Shown here: positions 24,110-36,494 of the stretch, piece by piece
How positions within the stretch are numbered: the stretch's first letter is position 1
Layout of the letters: each line of letters starts with the position of its first letter
Origin: Felis catus
Lineage: Eukaryota
Reading direction: 5' to 3'
NCBI RefSeq assembly: GCF_018350175.1
Contig: NC_058368.1
Location: forward strand, 102,798,001 to 102,862,000
DNA length: 64,000 nucleotides
Position numbers and translations under genes: made by a program
Notes under the pieces: model-generated
Databases searched by the model: none
What the model saw: the letters and a program-made list of their open reading frames with translations, nothing else
What the model was told of the DNA's origin: nothing

Positions 24110-24375
24110 AGCTGAATGAAAGTGTTTCCAAGGGGATGGAGAAGACGGACGGAGTTTAGGGGAAATTTGAGGGAAAGGGTTTACAAGGTTCGGCAATAGA
24201 GTGGGTACGGAAAGGAAGAGCAGAGGACGACTTGTAGGGTTCCGGTTCGGATATCTTGTGTTGACGTTAACTCAGACACTGGAAAGACGGGTGGGACAGA
24301 AGAAGATAAGACATCAGGACTGGAGTTTTCAGTGCCTGTGGAGAATTCTGAAGGAGACAACAAGAACAGAGAGTG
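24110..24375 (-). mobile_element. L2 fragment
   Basis: Purine-rich L2-like internal motifs (GAGTTTTCAGTGCCTGTGG...GGAGA). Confidence 0.45.
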
Positions 24376-24437
24376 ACTGAGTCATTTCTCTCCCTTTCCA
24401 CACTTAACAAATGAATATAGAGTTAGGAATTTCCAAC

Positions 24438-24492
<55 letters not shown>
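24438..24492. repeat. (TA)n(TG)n microsatellite
   Basis: Direct observation. Confidence 0.95.
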
Positions 24493-24494
<2 letters not shown>

Positions 24495-25207
24495 TATATA
24501 TATAATATATGTATGTAAAGGATTACTGAATACTTAAGTAATACTTAAAAGTGCTGTTCAGAGGAGAATATGCCCAATCAGGGGAGACCTTGTAAAAGAT
24601 GTTTCAGTTCTACACACATTTTTCTACTTTGTTCAAAGTGTCTCTTTTATTAATTTAAAGACATGAAACTTATATTGTCTCATTTTCAAAAATAGGTCAC
24701 GTGTTTTTTTTTTTTGTTTGTTTTTCTGTTTGGAAGAATTATACCTACTCAGAAGAATTATACCTACTCAGCGTCGGAAAGCTGGAAAATACTGAAGGGA
24801 ATGAACATGAACATGAACAACATGAACATGTTGTTTTCCATTATGTAGATGTTTATTGTGTGCGTTGGAGTAAAAATATCACCTTGTATCCAGAATATAA
24901 GATTGAAAACAGGTTAAAATGAGCTAGGGAAATTGCTGATTTTTGCAGAACATTCCAAGGATAGAGAAGATGAACTTGTGACTGTGCGTGTCAGCGTATT
25001 GGTGGCAGGTGTATCAAGTTAACAATGACAGTGTTTGTGCTGTTAATATGAAAATAGAAAGTGTGAGTATGTCCTAGATACATGACAGCATATTATTTTG
25101 GTTCAATAGAAACAGATGTTATAAAGAAATTGAATCGGAAGTAATCTTGATGGAAATATTTGCATTACCTTATACACTGTGGAAAGAGGCAAATTCCTTT
25201 TGTCTCT

Positions 25208-25244
25208 TTTTTTTATTAAAAAACTTTTTTAACGTTTATTTATT

Positions 25245-25285
<41 letters not shown>

Positions 25286-25457
25286 AAGCGTGAGTGGGGG
25301 AGGGGTAGAGACAGAGAAGGAGACACAGAATCTGAAGTAGGCCCCAGACTCTGAGCTGCCAGCACAAAGCCTGACACAGGGCTCTAACTTGTGAACTGCA
25401 AGATCGTGACCTGAGCTCAAGTCAGGTGCTTAACGGACTGAGCCACCCAGGCACCCC
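25208..25457 (-). mobile_element. CanSINE with expanded (GA)n
   Basis: Full body. Confidence 0.92.
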
Positions 25458-25519
25458 ACCTTTTCTGTTTTTAGCTGTAACCTCAATTCTTCTGTGGGAA
25501 ATAGGGATGGAATGGATCC

Positions 25520-25741
25520 TTTTTTTAAAATTTATTTTAAATGTTTTATTTATTCTTGAGAGAGAGAGAGAAACAAAGCGTGAGCGGGGGAGGGGCAGAG
25601 AGAGAGGGAGACGGGATCAGAAGCAGGTTCCAGGCTCTGAGCTGTCACACAGAACGTGACATGGGGCGCAAACCCACGAACCGTGAGATCATGGCCTGAG
25701 CCGAAGTCGGGTGCTTAACCAACTGAGCCACCCAGGCACCC
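25520..25741 (-). mobile_element. CanSINE
   Basis: Full body. Confidence 0.92.
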
Positions 25742-26034
25742 TATAGATACTTTTAAAGCAATACATAACCTAAAGCGAAAGTAAACTTAAAAGATAAAAA
25801 AAAAAAATCTGGTGTCCAGGATGCTTCCAGGATAAAGTATTTTATTCCAGCCCAGCTGTTTCCTTTTTCATCCAATGTCTGGACGATAAAAATGAAGTAG
25901 AATCAGAAGTGACCAGCCTATTACAGTGAAAGTAGCATCTTAAGTCACGAAATGGACTGTGTCTTTTCCTTCTTTCTGATCTGTAACATTTCCAGGGGAG
26001 TTACTATTTTCATCTGCCTCATTTAGGGGTATTT

Positions 26035-26268
26035 TTTTTTTTTTATTTTTTAAGATTTTTTTTTTCAACGTTTATTTATTTTTGGGACAGAGAGAGACAG
26101 AGCATGAACGGGGGAGGGGCAGAGAGAGAGGGAGACACAGAATCGGAAACAGGCTCCAGGCTCTGAGCGGTCAGCACAGAGCCTGACGTGGGACTCGAAC
26201 CCACGGACCGCGAGATCGTGACCTGGCTGAAGTCGGACGCTTAACCGACTGCGCCACCCAGGCGCCCC
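26035..26268 (-). mobile_element. Young felid CanSINE
   Basis: TSD CATTTAGGGGTATTT. Confidence 0.95.
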
Positions 26269-26478
26269 CATTTAGGGGTATTTAGACAAACCTGAGCTCT
26301 ACCCGTAATGTCTTCTCACTTGTCATTCAATCATTAATTTTTTTAAAGTTTTCAGGTCCTAAGCCCTCACGCTTAGGCTTTTGATGTAGTTCATATCAAT
26401 TTAATAATTTATCAGTCATGGTTCAGTCAGAGAAGCAGAAGAGCTATGATGAATGAACATATATGAATTTTTTCTCTC

Positions 26479-26535
26479 CCTTCCTTCCTTCCTTCCTTCC
26501 TTCCTTCCTTCCTTCCTTCCCTCCTTCCTTCCTTC
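26479..26535. repeat. (TTCC)n microsatellite
   Basis: Direct observation. Confidence 0.95.
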
Positions 26536-26874
26536 TCTTTCATTTCTCCTATCACTAATTTAATGTGTTTGGTTTTACTGTTGCTATTTACGTATTCAAT
26601 GCACTTGCAGTGCATTTTGTGTTAGGAGAGGTGAAGGCAGTGATCCAGACTTAAAATACTAAGTTTTTTAAATAGTAAGATTTCTACTGTCTCTATCCCC
26701 TGATTTAGGAGTCAGTAGCTTAGAGGGTGTGCTGCCGATTGCATTCTAAATCAGAATTCTGGGGCTCTAAAATAATCTGAGACAACCTCTTTCAAGTGCA
26801 GCACTGTCTCCATTTCTTTTATATGAAAACGCTCATGTGATTCATCTTCTCTCAATGTCTTTTCCTTTTTCACC

Positions 26875-27290
26875 TTTCTTAGATCAGGTTGGTGGAAACA
26901 GAGTCTGGGGCGGACAAGTGCCCGCAGAAGGCTTATTGGGGAGTGAGTGCCTGTAAGCACTACATCCCTAGTGACGGGTGTAGGGATGCACTGGGCGTTG
27001 ACCACGTGGTTGCAGCTGAGGTCTTAGGCATTCCTGCAGGGAGCTCTGGAATGGGGACCGCCCTCCAAAATGACGCGAAGTTGAGGTAAGGGGACCGGGT
27101 CTTTAGGACCTCATACCAGCCAGTTATCCACCCCTGAGAGGAAAACCTTAAGTGAAGCAGATCACTGTGGCCAGACAGCATCCAGAAAGTCTCTTGGCTG
27201 TGGTACATCAGGAGATGATATTCCCAGCCGTAGGCAATTTATGGGTGGCCCTAAAGAAGGGCTCTGGGTCGGGGGCCACATACCCGCTGT
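26875..27290 (-). mobile_element. LTR16-type ERVL solo LTR
   Basis: TCTTAGATCAGGTT...AACAGAGTCTG terminus and GGGAGCTCTGGA...TTGAGGTAAGGGGACCGGG motifs resemble recalled LTR16 consensus. Confidence 0.55.
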
Positions 27291-27801
27291 GCTGCTAGAC
27301 AGAAGGCAGTTCTCCGTGAATTTTGTTGTCGTTCTTACCTCTGCCCTGACGGGACAGCGCAACTTCCGCTCTGGTTGGATTCTAAAATCACCATAGGTAT
27401 TTATATAGCGGCTTAGTTATTTTTGGCTACGTTGAGATTTTCTGTCAGTTTTAAAGCTGTTTCTTCACTTCCGTTTGTCTATGTGTGAAGAAAATTTAAA
27501 AATTTTAAGATTTCATTTCCTCTGCCAATCATTGTTATAGGCAAATATATCTCGAAGTCATTATTCCGGAATGGAGATCTGGGGCCAAACGGAAAGCTAA
27601 TTTCCAGAAATTTCACGGATGTTGGTGTAACCTAAATTATGAGCACCCTGAGCGTCTTCCAGGGAAGGTCCGGTGCGTGTGGAGATAGGAGAAGGTATAA
27701 GGGGAGGACATGCTCTCTAAAGACTGTGAGTTTAGAAAATTAGAAAGTACAACTGAACGTGTTCAGCTACCGGTGACAGTGAAACAAACCAAACGGGCTA
27801 G

Positions 27802-28397
27802 GGTGATGGTCCATTTTATGTGTCGGATTGACCAGGTCAAGAAACTCCCAGACTAAACATTATTTCTGGGTGGGTCGGTGAGGGTGTTTCTGGACGAGGT
27901 TTGCATTTGAGTCAATAGACTCAGCTCTGGACACTGGCCTCCTCCAAGTCGATGGGTACCATCCAGTCCACCGAGGGCCTGGATGGGACAAAAAGGCTGA
28001 GGAAGGAGGAAACTGCCCTTCTCACTTTCTGCCTCTTGAGCTAGTCCATTGGCTTTTTCTTGCCTTTCCACTAGATTTACACCATTAGCTCCCTGGCTCC
28101 CAGACCTTGGACTCAGACTGGGATTCTCCCACTGGCTTTGCTGGATCTCTAGCTTATAGATGGTAAACAGTGGGGCTTCTCAGCCTCCATAATCATGTGA
28201 GCCAATTCGTCCAAACAAATACCTTTATATCTATATCTATATCTATATCTATATCTATATCTATATCTATATATCTATATCTATCTCATATACATGTATA
28301 TATGTGTGTGTATATAGAGATATATATATCTACCTATATCTATCTATCTATCTATATATCTTCTATTGGTACTGTTTCTCTGGAGAAACAGAGTACA
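27802..28397 (+). mobile_element. MLT2-family ERVL solo LTR with internal (TATATC)n
   Basis: GTGATGGT..ATTTTATGTGTC start, AAACATTATTTCTGGG, CTCAGCCTCCATAATCATGTGAGCCAATTC, and TATTGGT.CTGTTTCTCTGGAGAA...TACA end. Confidence 0.85.
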
Positions 28398-28424
28398 TTT
28401 TTTGGCTAATGCACTTAAAAAGTA

Positions 28425-28830
28425 TGTGTGTGGCTGGATCCAGGGATTCAAATGATGTCACCTGGAACTGGTATCTCTCGATTGTTCTGCTTGGCTTTTA
28501 TCTACAGAGCTATCTCCAACCTCAGACAAGCCCTCCCATGATGACTGAGGCATCCGCCAGCAGCCCCAGACTTATTTCCTCTCCATAAAAAAAACCAAAA
28601 AAACAAAATACAGGGCTCCTTTTCACTAGCAATTTCTGGACAGCATCTCTGTCTGAGACTCATTGGCTAAAGGGTAGAATATAATGATTAACTGACTTAG
28701 GACGTGGGCTCACCGTTGAAACATATGATGCACCTACATGGCCTCAGAGTCAGAAAAGTGGGATTTTATTGGGGAAAGTGGGGTGTGATTGGCAAAAAAA
28801 GAGGAGAGGGATGCCAAGTAACCAAAAGAA
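28425..28830 (-). mobile_element. MLT1 (K/L-type) MaLR LTR fragment
   Basis: GGCTGGATCCAGGGATTCAAATGATGTCA and GCCAGCAGCCCCAGACTTA motifs. Confidence 0.6.
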
Positions 28831-28872
28831 CACATGACTTCTAGAAAGAACCAAGCTATCTACTGGTATTTT

Positions 28873-28902
28873 CTTTTATCTTTCTTGAAGTTTATTTATT
28901 TT

Positions 28903-28940
<38 letters not shown>

Positions 28941-29097
28941 CAGGGGGGCAGAGAGAGAGGGAGAGTGAGAATTCCAAGCAGGCTCCATGCTGTCAGCACG
29001 GAGCCTGATGTGAATCTCAATCCCATGAACCGTAAGATCATGACCCAAGCTAAAATCAAGAGTTGGACACTAAACCAACTGAGCCATCCAGGCACCC
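28873..29097 (-). mobile_element. CanSINE with (TG)n expansion
   Basis: Body plus TSD TG(G/A)TATTTTC. Confidence 0.9.
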
Positions 29098-29420
29098 TGA
29101 TATTTTCATTTAATGGATATTTAATGAATAGCTGATATATCCTGGGAACTGTATGCTGGAACACAGAGGAAAACAAGCTGAAGTCCCTGCTGTCCTAGAG
29201 CTTGTATGCTAGTGGGGAAAAAACAAATAAACAGAGAAATATGTAACCTGTTGTCCTTGTTAACAATTTATTGTCTCTCTGAATCTTCCCTTCTTGGTCC
29301 TGCTCTGTAATACTGAAGCTGGGCCTGTGTTCATTTCTACTTTTCCAGATGGTGGAATGTTAGATTTTACTAACAGAAAGCCATGGATCAAAATGAGAGA
29401 GGCACGAAGATACTTCCTTT

Positions 29421-29914
29421 CGTTAGAGTAGGCAGTCAGTTAGGTTATAACAGGATACCTGGAGGTCAGCAACGAGGAAGTCAAGGACAGCTATCAGGAA
29501 AGTCAGAGCCCTGTCCTGGCAACATTCCACAAGAAGCTGGATCAAACTAGACAGGCCCAAGATGGCAGATGCCATGACAGGAACCCCGTGACCAAATGAG
29601 GAAGAGAGAGCATGAAAACCTGGTTCCTGCCCCAAGTAATGAATATGCCATCTCCTAGTAAACAAGTGTCAAATAAACATAGAATCCCAGCCCTAGGCTT
29701 CATTTTCTCTCTCTCTCTCTCGCTCTCGCTCTTGTATCTTGAGAGCGTACTTTTTGCTTTAATAAGCTTTTCCCCTCGGGTCACTTATCTGCAGCACTGT
29801 GTATCTGTCCTTACATTCATTCTCATGACAAGACCGAGAACTTTTCGTGACTCCTTTGGGTCTGGCTGGGTTGAGGCCCCAGGGCCCAGGGTCTCCTCAG
29901 TTCACCTGGCAACA
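29421..29914 (+). mobile_element. ERV1-class solo LTR, 494 bp
   Basis: Ends (C/T)GTT...AACA, 4-bp TSD CTTT on both sides, CCAAGATGGC motif, AT-rich TATA-like and polyA-like elements. Confidence 0.75.
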
Positions 29915-30404
29915 CTTTCAAGAGTCTAGTTCTCCATTTTTATTAGGCTCAAAAGCCTTTATTAGGCTCAAAAGACTGGAAGCTCTTGCAGATGAGCTCG
30001 AGCTGCATCCTTAGGTCAGGCTATCCCTACCAGGGTCACTTTCCATCAGCTCTGGTCTCCCACAACCTCCAGCAATGGTGGGCCCATTCTAGAGACCACC
30101 TCCAACTGTCCATAGCCTCTGCAAGAGCAGACTGCATCTAAAGACTGGTAGAAGCCCATACCCTTAGACAAGTTTCTTTGCCATAGCCAGCCTGCATGTT
30201 CCTGTGGTGGCCATGCCATTTCTGAAAAGATCTGTACCTCAGCCTTGAAAGAGGGCAGCACTGTTAGTCCTTAGCTTCCTTATTGTGCATTCTTCCCCAG
30301 ACTAGAGATAGTGGCTACCTTTTGCATAAGTTAAATCTAGACTCCTTAGGGTTTTCTACTAACCCTTTTATCACTTAACCACCTCCTACTAGTTAACAAT
30401 TCTT

Positions 30405-30656
30405 TTTTTTTAAGTTTTATTTATTTATTTTGATAGGGAGAGAGAGAGAGACAGAGACAGAGAGAGAGAAAACATGCATGCCATGTGAGCAAGCTGGGGA
30501 GGTGCAGAGAGAGAGGGAGAGAGACAGAAGCCCATGCAAGCTGCACACTGTCAGTGTAGAACCCATTGCAGGGCCTGAACTCTTGAACTATGAGATCATG
30601 ACTTGAGCTGAAATCAAGAGTTGGCCGCTTAACCAACTGAGGCACCCAGGCAACCC
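30405..30656 (-). mobile_element. CanSINE, older subfamily
   Basis: TSD AACA(A/G)TTCTTT. Confidence 0.9.
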
Positions 30657-31269
30657 AACAGTTCTTTATGTTACATTTTCCCTGCTTAATTATATAGTGT
30701 GGTTTCTGTCTCCTGACTGGGCACTAATATGTAGGTCATAGAGCGGTAAGTGCTAAAGGGGGAAAAAAAAGTGAGTTTGAATGGGAGAGGAGGAATTGTT
30801 TTGGATAAGGTCATCAGGAAAGATTTTGAGGCCAGAAAAGAATGGGTGTGTGAAATTTGGAGAGAAGATTGTTTTTAGATGGAGCAAACAGCACATGCAA
30901 AGACCCTGAGGTGGGAATGAGATTGGCATGTCCAATGAAGAAGGAAAGCCTAGTGTGACCGGGGTTGAGTGAATGAGAGGGAAAGTGGTAGGAAAGGAGG
31001 TCATAAAGGCAGTCAGGCGTAGATCATAGGGTCCTTTGTATCATGCTGAAGAGTTCAGATTCTGTTCTGCAAGCAGTGCAAAGCCACTGGAGACTTTTGA
31101 GCAGAGGAGTAACATGGCCTCACTTGTATTTTCAAGAATCCTCTCTGGTTTCTGTACAAAAGAACCAATCAGGGCAGGTAACGGGGCTATTAAAATAATT
31201 CACGCAAAGCAATGGAGGTTGGGACTAGGTGTAGAGGTGAAGACGGTCGGAAAGGGTCATTTTCTGCCT

Positions 31270-31466
31270 CTATTTTGAAATAGAGACAGAAAGACAGAGC
31301 ATGAGCAGGGAGATGCAGAGAAAGAGAGGGAGACACACAAGCAGAAGCAGGCTCCAGCTCTGAGCTGTCAGCACAGAGCCCGACACGGGGCTCGAACTCA
31401 CAAACCGTGAGATCATGACCTGAGCGGAAGTCGGACACTTAACTGACTGAGCCACCCAGGTGCCCC
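31270..31466 (-). mobile_element. CanSINE
   Basis: Body with short tail. Confidence 0.9.
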
Positions 31467-32877
31467 TGGGGGATTTTTTAAACATAGATTAAGTTTGATA
31501 AGCCTATTAAAATTCTAAATGGAGATACTGAGTGAGAAATGTGGCAGACAAGCTGGGGATTCAGGGGAAAGTTAGAGACCAGAGATGTATATTTGGTTGT
31601 TATTAGCATATAGATAGTCATTTTACTGGATGAAATTCCTAATGTAGAGAATACAGATAGATAAGGTGAGTCTGAGGATGAAACCATCGATCAATGTAAT
31701 ATTTAGAGGTTGGCATACGAAGAAGAACCAGCAAAGAAATGGATGGGAGTGTCCAATGAGCTAGGAGGATCATACAAAACGTTGTTCTAAAAGTGAGGGA
31801 AGTATTTCAAGAAGGAGGAGGGAGGTAAAAATATTTTGTATCAATTGCTTCTGATAGAGGGGGATGGAACTTGAGGTTTGATCGTAGCATGTAGCGATAT
31901 GGAAGTCAACGGTGACCTTGGCGAGAGCTGTTTTGGTGGAGCGGTAGGAACAAGAAATCTCATTGGATTGGCTTCAAAAGAGAGGTGAGGAAAGGAAGTG
32001 CAAATAGCTATTTCACAGCCCTACTGTTGTCAAGAGAAAGGAGGCCATTGCTGAATGGGTACGTTTATCAACAGAGATCGTTCAAGCATGCTTTCATGGT
32101 CATGGTTCACCCAGAGGGAAAACTGAGTTTGCAGGAAAGAGAATAAATGCTGGTTAGACCAATATCCTTGCATAGACGAGAGGAGGAAGTCCAGTGTACA
32201 GCTGAAGGCATGGTGATGGTCATGGTCCTTGATAGGAGGAACAGATAGTTTGTTTACACAAGGAGCAGATTCTATGCAAGAAGAAGAACAGGTTTATCGG
32301 TGAGATCCTCTGGATGCTCTTTTCGGTAACGTCTATTTCCTCAGAAAAGTAAGAGAAGGTGCTTGTTGAGGATGAGGAGTGGGGAGAAGTTTGAAGTCTG
32401 TGGAGAGAGTATAATGTGAAAAATATCATTTGGGAATATGAGTTGACCAGAGAAATAAATAGCATGCAGGGCCATGAGTATGTACAAATAAGACAGCACA
32501 TTCCTAGTAAGTGAAATTGACTCTCGGTGAAGCCAGAAGTACTCCTTCCCCTATGCTGCCTCCCAAGCCTAAAATGTGTTCATCACAAAACCCCCCTCAC
32601 AACAGAAGGTCCAAATCATAGCCATTTGTCCATTTGAAGTGTCCGTATCATCTATTTATGTTAAGAGAGAACTGGGACCAGAGCAGACTAGACATAGGAG
32701 CGCTAGAAAAACAGATGGACCCAAAAGCCTGTAAAAACTTATTTTTCAGCATCGGAGGCTTAGAATCCTTGGGCAAATACAGTCACAGGTATCTGAAACT
32801 CCAATGTTTTCAGGTCCAAACGAATCTTGGTGTGAGAATGGCTTCTCAGACTTAGGAATTTATAAACATATCCCTTT

Positions 32878-32901
32878 CTTTTTAATTTTTTAATGTTTAT
32901 T

Positions 32902-32952
<51 letters not shown>

Positions 32953-33121
32953 ATGCACGAGAGCTGGGGAGGGGCAGAGAGAGAGAGAGGGAGACAGAGG
33001 ATCCAAAGCAGGCTCTGTGCTGACAGCACACTGCCCAATGTAGGGCTCAAACTCATGAATTGTGAGATCATGACCTGAGCTGAAGTCAGACGCTCAACCG
33101 ACTGAGCCACCCAGGAGCCCC
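32878..33121 (-). mobile_element. CanSINE with expanded (GA)n
   Basis: TSD TAAAC(A/G)TATCC. Confidence 0.92.
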
Positions 33122-33636
33122 TAAACGTATCCTTTTCAGGGAGTCTTAAGTTTTCCAAGTGGATGGATCTTAATTAATGTGAACCACTTCTATGCCCCAC
33201 ATAGGTTAAAGTATTTGAAGAGGCAGAAGAAAGTACTAATTGCTGAAATATTTTTGTTTCCTGTATTGCATTAGGATTTATTTTCACCAGTATTAACTCA
33301 CTGAATGCTTAAATCAACCTAAGCAGGGAAGTATTTGTGGTAGAGTACTTTGGTCTTCTTAAGGCACTTTTTCCAGGGGAATCTGCCATCAGCCATCCTT
33401 TGTGATTTTGTGGAAACTCTGTCTGCCAGCATGGACACATTATCCAGGTGATTTCTCAGCATTACTTTCCTTCTTCAAGTGGGCCAAGAGGGTCTTCTGG
33501 AGGAGTTGATATGTAGGGACTGGGAGAGAAAATGTGTGTATTTATTCTGTAATGAACTCATTCAGGGAATATTAATGAGTGCCTACTATGTTCCAGCCAC
33601 TCTTCTAGGTTTGGGGTATAAAACAGTGGGCAAATC

Positions 33637-33849
33637 GGGGTGCGTGGGTGGCGCAGTCGGTTAAGCGTCCGACTTCAGCCAGGTCACGATCTCGCGGTCC
33701 GTGAGTTCCAGCCCCGCGTCGGGCTCTGGGCTGATGGCTCGGAGCCTGGAGCCTGCTTCCGATTCTGTGTCTCCCTCTCTCTCTGCCCCTCCCCCGTTCA
33801 TGCTCTGTCTCTCTCTGTCCCAAAAATAAATAAACGTTGAAAAAAAAAA
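33637..33849 (+). mobile_element. Young felid CanSINE inside a short L2 3' fragment
   Basis: TSD AAAACAGTGGGCAAATC. Confidence 0.95.
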
Positions 33850-33931
33850 AAAACAGTGGGCAAATCAATGACTTTCTTCCCAGGGAATTTTCCTCCCTCT
33901 GAGATTGAGAACTATAAGAACTATACTCAGG

Positions 33932-34132
33932 GGGGCACCTGGGTGGCTCAGCCGGTTAAGCGTCTGATTCTTGATCTCCCTCAGGTCATGAAGTCACAGT
34001 TTGTGAGTTTGAGCTCCCACATCAGGCTTCCCACTGATGGCATGGAGCCTGCTTTGGATTCTGTCTCTTCTTCTCTCTGCCCCTCCCTCGTTTGTGTTCT
34101 CTCTCCCTCAAAAAATAAATAAACTTAAAAAA
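33932..34132 (+). mobile_element. CanSINE, older subfamily
   Basis: TSD GAACTATA(C/T)TCAGG. Confidence 0.92.
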
Positions 34133-34409
34133 AAGGAACTATATTCAGGAGATTCTACTTGTTGTGTTTTCTCCTGTCTCATCTGCCTGAGCAGGAAACA
34201 AAACAAAATAAAACAAAACAACCCCCTTCCCCCCCCCCCCCCCCACACACACACAGGGAAACAGAGCCAAGAGACTGAGAAATATAACAGCACTAGTGTG
34301 TCAATCTTGGGTACTTGGTTTACGTCATACCTTATGTTAAATCTATTCTTCAACCTATAAGTTACATTTATTTTTTCTATTTCTCCTTAAGATAGTTTAA
34401 GTTGGATTT

Positions 34410-36075
34410 TCATCTACACTCTAAAAAATACTTTGTGAGTGCCTCTGAATAGACTAAAACTCTATTAGGTGTGGAGGATATAGACAAGAAAAGACATAAG
34501 ATCTTGGCTTTATAGAATCTTATGATGGGGGGAAGGCAGATAGTAAATAAATGATTAACAAAATTTCAGATAGCAATATGGGCTTGAAAAAATTGAAGAA
34601 GTTTAATGGAGTAGAAAATATATGTGTGCATGTGGAAGTGTGTGGAGATAACTTTATTTTAAAATGTCAAAGAAAGTCTCTCTAAGGAATTGACATTTGA
34701 GCTGGGATCTGGGTTGTCAGGGAGCCAGCCATGTGAAAACCTGGGGCATGAGTTTCCCAGTACAAGTACAATGGGAAAATACAAGTACAACGTCTCTGAA
34801 ATCCACATGTGATTGTTGTATTCAAATATCAGAAAGAAGGTCACAATGAACGAGGGTGGTGGGCGAGGCATGATTAATTCATGCAGAGCCTCTGAGAACC
34901 TGCTAAGGAGTTTGAGTTTTATTATAATTGCATTATGAATCCATTGGTGGCTTTTTTTTAATTATTTTTTTATTTTTTATTTTTTTATTTTTTTTTATAA
35001 TTTTTTTTTCAACGTTTATTTATTTTTGGGACAGAGAGAGACAGAGCATGAACGGGGGAGGGGCAGAGAGAGAGGGAGACACTGAATCGGAAACAGGCTC
35101 CAGGCTCCGAGCCATCAGCCCAGAGCCGGACGCGGGGCTCTAACTCCCGGACCGCGAGATCGTGACTTGGCTGAAGTCGGACGCTTAACCGACTGCACCA
35201 CCCAGGCGCCCCCATTGGTGGCTTTATAGTAGAAGCATGGACTTATCTGTGTCCTGTTCCAAAATAATTACTTTGTCACGTGAAGAACGAACGACAGCAA
35301 TACATGAGGAAAAGCAATAGGGAAAGGAGGGAAACGTCCATTAATCCATGCGAGAGATGTTGCTGGCTTGAACTAGGGTGGTTGTGGTGAACACAGGGAA
35401 GTGGCTGGAATCAGGAGGTATCCTTCGACAGAGCAAGTAGGGCCTCCTGATGGTTGAATATATGAGTGGAGGGTGTGAGGGGCAGAGCGAGAGAGGAAAA
35501 CCAAGGAAGCCATACTGATGTGTCCTAGGTTCTTAGTCTAAGCAACTGGATGAATAAAGTAGGTAGAGAAGACGTGGAGAAGAAAAGTTTGGCAGGACTG
35601 AGGATGAGCGGGTGGATGGATGTCACAATTTCAATATTGGATGTGTAAAGTTTGAAAGGTTTCTTATCTATAATAACAGAGCAGATGTTGAGGAGACTGT
35701 TGTTGAATTGGCCAATAGGAAGCTTAGGAAAAACATCTGGGCTGGACACATAAATATTTATTCTATTGGAAGCCATGAGATATGGTGAGCTCTTGAGGGG
35801 GTGGGGATATCTATAGATGAGGGACAAGGACGGAGCCCTCAGATACTCCAACATTTAGAATTCAGGCAGAAAAAGAGGTGTCGGCAGGGGAGATTGAAAA
35901 GTCATGGCTGCTGAGGTTTAAGAAAGTCCAGGTGATTGTGATATTAACGAAGTCAAGAGAAGGAAGAGGTTCAAGAGAAAAGCATGTGCTCAGACTTGTG
36001 CACTGAGGACCAGCTACTGGGAGTCCAGCAAGATGAGGATTAAGAATTGAATACTGGTTTCCTAAGTTGACCTTA
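34410..36075 (-). mobile_element. L2 element, interrupted by a SINE
   Basis: TGAGTGCCT...GACATTTGAGCTG...GGAGCCAGCCATGTGAA...GAGCCCTCAGATACTCCAACATTTAG L2 motifs. Confidence 0.75.
34955..35212 (-). mobile_element. Young felid CanSINE
   Basis: TSD CATTGGTGGCTTT; long patterned T tail. Confidence 0.95.
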
Positions 36076-36084
36076 AAAACTTAA

Positions 36085-36320
36085 GGGGCACCCGGGTGGC
36101 TCCATTGCTCAAGCGTCTGACTCTGGATTTCTGCTCACGTCATGATCTAACGGTTTGGGAGTTCGAGCCCTGCGTCAGTAGAGAGAACCCCGCTTGGGAT
36201 CTTCTCTCTCTGCCCCTCCCCTGCTTGTGCTCACTCTCTCTCTCTCTTTCAAAATAAATAAATAAATTTAAAAAGAGAGAGCGAGAGCGAGAGCGAGAGC
36301 GAGAGAGAGAGAGAGAGAGA
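36085..36320 (+). mobile_element. CanSINE followed by (GAGAGC)n(GA)n
   Basis: Body 36085-36273, microsatellite to ~36320. Confidence 0.88.
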
Positions 36321-36494
36321 GGAATTCCAGTGGCATGGCAGTAGGGACAGGAGCTTATTTGTGGTTGGCTGAAGAGAGGTGGGGAAATTGGAACCTGGAC
36401 ACAGAGCATGGGCCGTTCTTTCTGAAAAGCAGAACAATAACGCAGTTGCCAGAGGGAATCTGGAGTCAAGGAAAGGTCACTTGCAGCCGAGAGT

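Larger units (their letters stand above)
29249..30732 (+). mobile_element. LTR41/LTR33-type ERVL solo LTR, host to a nested LTR and SINE
   Basis: 5' AATTTATTGTCTCTC...CCTGCTCTGTAATACTGAAGCTGGG and 3' TTTTCCCTG...GTGTGGTTTCTGTCTCCTGACTGG. Confidence 0.65.
29101..32480 (-). mobile_element. Long L2 element interrupted by LTRs and SINEs
   Basis: L2 3' end at ~29101-29245; resumes ~30735 with AACAGCACATGCAAAGACCCTGAGGTGGGAA, GCCACTGGAGACTTTTGAGCAG, GGTGACCTTGGCGAGAGC. Confidence 0.75.

Noticed and set aside
24900..25200. Possible decayed DNA-transposase C-terminal remnant (frame fragment YYFGSIETDVIKKL)
   Set aside because: Resemblance is subjective, frames are broken by stops and no TIRs are visible; needs an nhmmer or tBLASTx search
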